The position numbers and the translations under genes were made by a program. Shown piece after piece: positions 60,914-64,000 of a DNA stretch of 64,000 nt (position 1 is the first letter of the stretch; every line of letters begins with the position of its first letter). The notes beneath the pieces were generated by a model, which did not search any database, was not told the origin of the DNA, and saw nothing but the letters and a program-made list of their open reading frames with translations. The stretch is from Leptonemataceae bacterium (GTDB lineage Bacteria; Spirochaetota; Leptospiria; Leptospirales; Leptonemataceae): contig OZ245742.1 in assembly GCA_965227295.1 (NCBI GenBank), forward strand, positions 864,001 through 928,000, given 5' to 3'.

Positions 60914-61855
60914 TTAGTCTCTGCGTCGGGAGCCCTGGCGGCGCATCTGCTTCGAAATACCACCACGGCCGCGTCGGCGGCGAGCCGGCGGACGATCCGC
61001 GTTTTCGAAGAAGGCCGCCAGCAATTCTTCGGTCCGGTCCAGGTGCAGCGCATGTCCGGCACCGGAAATCACCGCCAATCGCACGCCGGGCGAGGCCCGC
61101 ACAATCCGCCGGGCCAGTTCGATGCCGGTAATGCGATCTTCATCGCCCCAGTAGAGCAACACCGGCACACCCAGCGCGCCGACGTCGGCCGGACGAAAAA
61201 AGATCTCGTCCTCGTCTTCGATCGTATTCTCCGCCAGATAATGATACCCTGGCTGCGACCACTCCTCCAGTAAACCGAGAATCACCGGCATACCGAGTTC
61301 CGGCAGATTGGCCGCGTAGAGACGGCGCAGGAGTTCCCGTACCTCCGCCGGCGTCCGCGGGAACAGCGTCCTCCGCCGCTCGTCACGTTCCTTTGGAGGC
61401 AGCTTCACGAATCCCGGCGCGATCAGATGCAGCTCTTTCACCGGTTCCGCCCCGGGTCGGCCGCGGCGGAGCAGAGGCAACTGCCGCAGCAGATGCGCGG
61501 CGATCATGCCGCCCATACTGTGCGAGAGGATCGTCGCGCCCTGGAGATTCAGACCGCTTTCATCAAAAAGGAAGCGACCCAGATTTCGTGCAAAGGCCTG
61601 GATGCGCCACAGCTCGCGAACGGGTGGCAGCACGGTGCCGCCGAAGCCGGGCACGTCCACGGCGTAGATGTCGTAACGATCGGCCAGGGCCGCGAAGAGG
61701 CGCCGCCACGTGTGCGCGGAATCGAGAAAGCCGTGCAGGAGGACCAGGGGCGGGCGCCCGCTCTGCCGGTAGTAGTAGTTCCAGCGCAGTCCGGTACCGG
61801 GATGTTCGACGCAAGCGTGTTGCATGCCGCTGCGGACGATGCGGCGGTGAACCAT
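60914..61855 (-). CDS. Alpha/beta hydrolase
   Basis: LLHGF, DVPGFG, HSMGG, WGDED and AGH motifs. Confidence 0.88.
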   Translation of the reverse strand: MVHRRIVRSGMQHACVEHPGTGLRWNYYYRQSGRPPLVLLHGFLDSAHTWRRLFAALADRYDIYAVDVPGFGGTVLPPVRELWRIQAFARNLGRFLFDESGLNLQGATILSHSMGGMIAAHLLRQLPLLRRGRPGAEPVKELHLIAPGFVKLPPKERDERRRTLFPRTPAEVRELLRRLYAANLPELGMPVILGLLEEWSQPGYHYLAENTIEDEDEIFFRPADVGALGVPVLLYWGDEDRITGIELARRIVRASPGVRLAVISGAGHALHLDRTEELLAAFFENADRPPARRRRGRGGISKQMRRQGSRRRD

Positions 61856-61947
61856 AAAACGCCGGTAGGCCAGGGCCAGCCGGCCGAGCCATCGAAAGAT
61901 TCTATCGCGAATGAAAGCGAGCAGGTGGTTCTCCGTATTGTACCGGT

Positions 61948-62889
61948 CTATTCCGCGACCATCACCGCGGCGTGGGCGTCCACACTCTCCGCCAGGGCGT
62001 CAAGGTCGTAGCCGCCTTCGAGGAACGAGATGACCCGACCGTCACAGTGTTCGTCGGCGAAACCGAGCAGCCGCCGGCTCATCCACTCGTACGAAGACGA
62101 TTTCAACTGCAAACCGGCAAGGGGGTCCGCGCGATGGGCATCGAATCCGGCGGAAATGAGCAGGGCCCGGGGCTGGAATTCTTCGAGGGCCGGGATGATT
62201 TGCTGATCAAAGGCCGTGCGAAACTCGGCATCGCCGGCGCCGTGGGCCATGGGCACGTTCAGCGTGGCCCCGACTCCCCCGCCACGGCCGGTGTCACTCG
62301 CGGCCCCGGTGCCGGGATAGAAGGGATACTGATGCGTGCTGATGAACAAAACGTTCGGGTCCTCGTAGAACATGGCCTCGGTGCCGTTGCCGTGGTGCAC
62401 GTCCCAGTCCAGGATCGCAACTCGCTCCAGGCCGTGCTGTTTCCGTAGATACTGCGCGCAGACGGCCACGTTGTTGAACAGGCAAAAGCCCATGGCCCGG
62501 TTCGGCAGACTGTGATGCCCCGGCGGACGCAGCATCAGCACGGATCGTTTCAATTCGCCGCTCATCAAACGATCCGCCGCTTCGAGGCCGGCACCGGCGG
62601 AGATGGCCGCGGCGGCGTAGGATTTTTCGCTGACCTTCGTGTCGGGATCGAGATAACCGCTGCCAGTTTCACTGCAAAACCGATCGACGCGACGCACATA
62701 GTCGGCATCGTGGACGAGAGCGATTTCGTCCACCGTGGCCTGGCGCCGCGGGAGCTGTTGTAACTTTCCATAGTAGGACTGTTTCTCCAGGCGCTCGCGC
62801 ACGGAAACCAGGCGACGATAGTTTTCCGGATGGCCCGCACCCGTGTCGTGTTCGAGAAAGATGTCGTCCGTAAAATATCCGGTGCCCAT
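61948..62889 (-). CDS. Histone deacetylase family (AcuC/AphA-like) protein
   Basis: HPE..RL, RPPGHH, GFCLFNN, DWDVHHGNGT, SAGFD and EGGY; AGGAGG RBS before ATG 62889. Confidence 0.93.
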   Translation of the reverse strand: MGTGYFTDDIFLEHDTGAGHPENYRRLVSVRERLEKQSYYGKLQQLPRRQATVDEIALVHDADYVRRVDRFCSETGSGYLDPDTKVSEKSYAAAAISAGAGLEAADRLMSGELKRSVLMLRPPGHHSLPNRAMGFCLFNNVAVCAQYLRKQHGLERVAILDWDVHHGNGTEAMFYEDPNVLFISTHQYPFYPGTGAASDTGRGGGVGATLNVPMAHGAGDAEFRTAFDQQIIPALEEFQPRALLISAGFDAHRADPLAGLQLKSSSYEWMSRRLLGFADEHCDGRVISFLEGGYDLDALAESVDAHAAVMVAE

Positions 62890-62940
62890 GATCACGCTCC
62901 TCCTACACCATACGCAAACGGCGCAAAATTGCAAACCAGA

Positions 62941-64000
62941 ATGAATCAGCTCCAGGCCTGGCTCGACTCGCTCCGCAAGAGCCGCAGCGACTTAGCAGAG
63001 CGCTCGCTCCTGCGAGAGTTACGCCTCCACGAGGGTCGCCTGGATTTTTCTTCGAACGACTACCTCTCCCTGAATTCCGACGGCACGCTCGCGGCCCTGC
63101 TAATGGAGATCACCCGGGAACATGGCGACGGGTCATTCGTCGGTTCCACGGCTTCGCGGTTGATCCGCGGTCACTACGAAATATTCGACCGCGCCGAAGC
63201 AGAGTTCGCGCGTTTTGCCGGAGCACCGGCGGCGTTGCTATTCACCAGCGGCTACGCCGCGAACGCCGGTACGATCCCCGCCGTAATCTCGCAGCGCGAC
63301 CTGGTGTTTTGTGATCGTCTGTGCCACGCTTCACTGCTCGACGGCGTGCGTTTGTCCGGGGCCCGGCGTTTTTACTTTGCGCACAACGACTTAGATGATC
63401 TTGAGCGACAGTTAAAGAAACACCCGGCCAGGTCTCGATCCCGGCGCTGGATCGTGACCGAGTCCGTGTTCAGCATGGACGGCGACTCTCCGAAGCTGCC
63501 CGAACTCTGCGATCTCGCCGAACGTCATGACGCCCTGGTCTACCTGGACGAGGCCCACGCCGTCGGCGTGCGCGGTCCGGGCGGTGCCGGCCTGGCCGCG
63601 GAAACAAGGACCGGCGAACGCATCGCGGTGAACGTCTTTCCCTGCGGCAAAGCGCCGGGTCTCATGGGCGCCTTCGTCTGCGGCGCGCCGGAACTCAAAT
63701 CGCTGTTGATCAACAAGGCCCGTTCGTTCGTTTTCTCCACGGCGCAACCGCCGTTGCTCGCGGAGTTGCTGCGTCGCGTGACGGCGCATCTGCCGCAGCT
63801 CGACGATGCCCGCGCGCGCCTCGCCGAAAACGCGGAGTATTTGCGCAAACATCTACGCGCCGGCGGTTACGACACGGGCGCGTCGGATGCGCAAATCGTT
63901 CCGGTGATTGTGGGCGATGAAGACTCCGCACTGGATCTCGCCGCGCGCTGCCGGGAACGCGGTCTGGACATCCGCGCGATCCGGCCGCCGACGGTGCCGA
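62941..64000 (+). CDS. bioF: 8-amino-7-oxononanoate synthase, 3' end beyond the window edge
   Basis: Not in the ORF track. Manual translation gives MNQLQAW...DFSSNDYLSL...GSTASRLIRG...FTSGYAAN...HASLLDG...HND...ESVFSMDGD...DEAH...AIRPPTVP. Confidence 0.9.
   Translation, partial: MNQLQAWLDSLRKSRSDLAERSLLRELRLHEGRLDFSSNDYLSLNSDGTLAALLMEITREHGDGSFVGSTASRLIRGHYEIFDRAEAEFARFAGAPAALLFTSGYAANAGTIPAVISQRDLVFCDRLCHASLLDGVRLSGARRFYFAHNDLDDLERQLKKHPARSRSRRWIVTESVFSMDGDSPKLPELCDLAERHDALVYLDEAHAVGVRGPGGAGLAAETRTGERIAVNVFPCGKAPGLMGAFVCGAPELKSLLINKARSFVFSTAQPPLLAELLRRVTAHLPQLDDARARLAENAEYLRKHLRAGGYDTGASDAQIVPVIVGDEDSALDLAARCRERGLDIRAIRPPTVP

Overview
GC-rich bacterial chromosomal window, almost certainly from a Leptospiraceae-type spirochete (Leptonema/Turneriella-like). 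The inference rests on the flaA2-flaA1 endoflagellar sheath operon, three long-chain acyl-CoA ligases, XPB and PC4 homologues, and GAF/SpoIIE partner-switching genes. It is mostly core genome: about 50 CDS (prmC, egtB, amtB, suhB, nth, rpmB, PBP1A, DEAD-box helicase, def, cutA, pyrF, sdhCAB, pyrC, rfaD, HDAC, partial bioF) and one tRNA-Ala(GGC). I saw no CRISPR array, transposase, integrase or prophage. The most unusual item is a non-coding tandem array at 26064-26813: two 330-392 bp highly structured units bounded by three 28-bp direct repeats, with compensatory base changes and internal segments complementary to the repeat. Other candidates are a small RNA at about 4474-4590, a sigma54-driven GAF-PP2C-TPR/amtB operon, a Macro-like/nucleoside-deoxyribosyltransferase-like fusion, a TPR-Mrr/RsbU-RsbW/RsbV/glycoside hydrolase operon, and a REP-like multi-hairpin repeat family. 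All calls come from reading motifs by eye; no database searches or folding programs were run.
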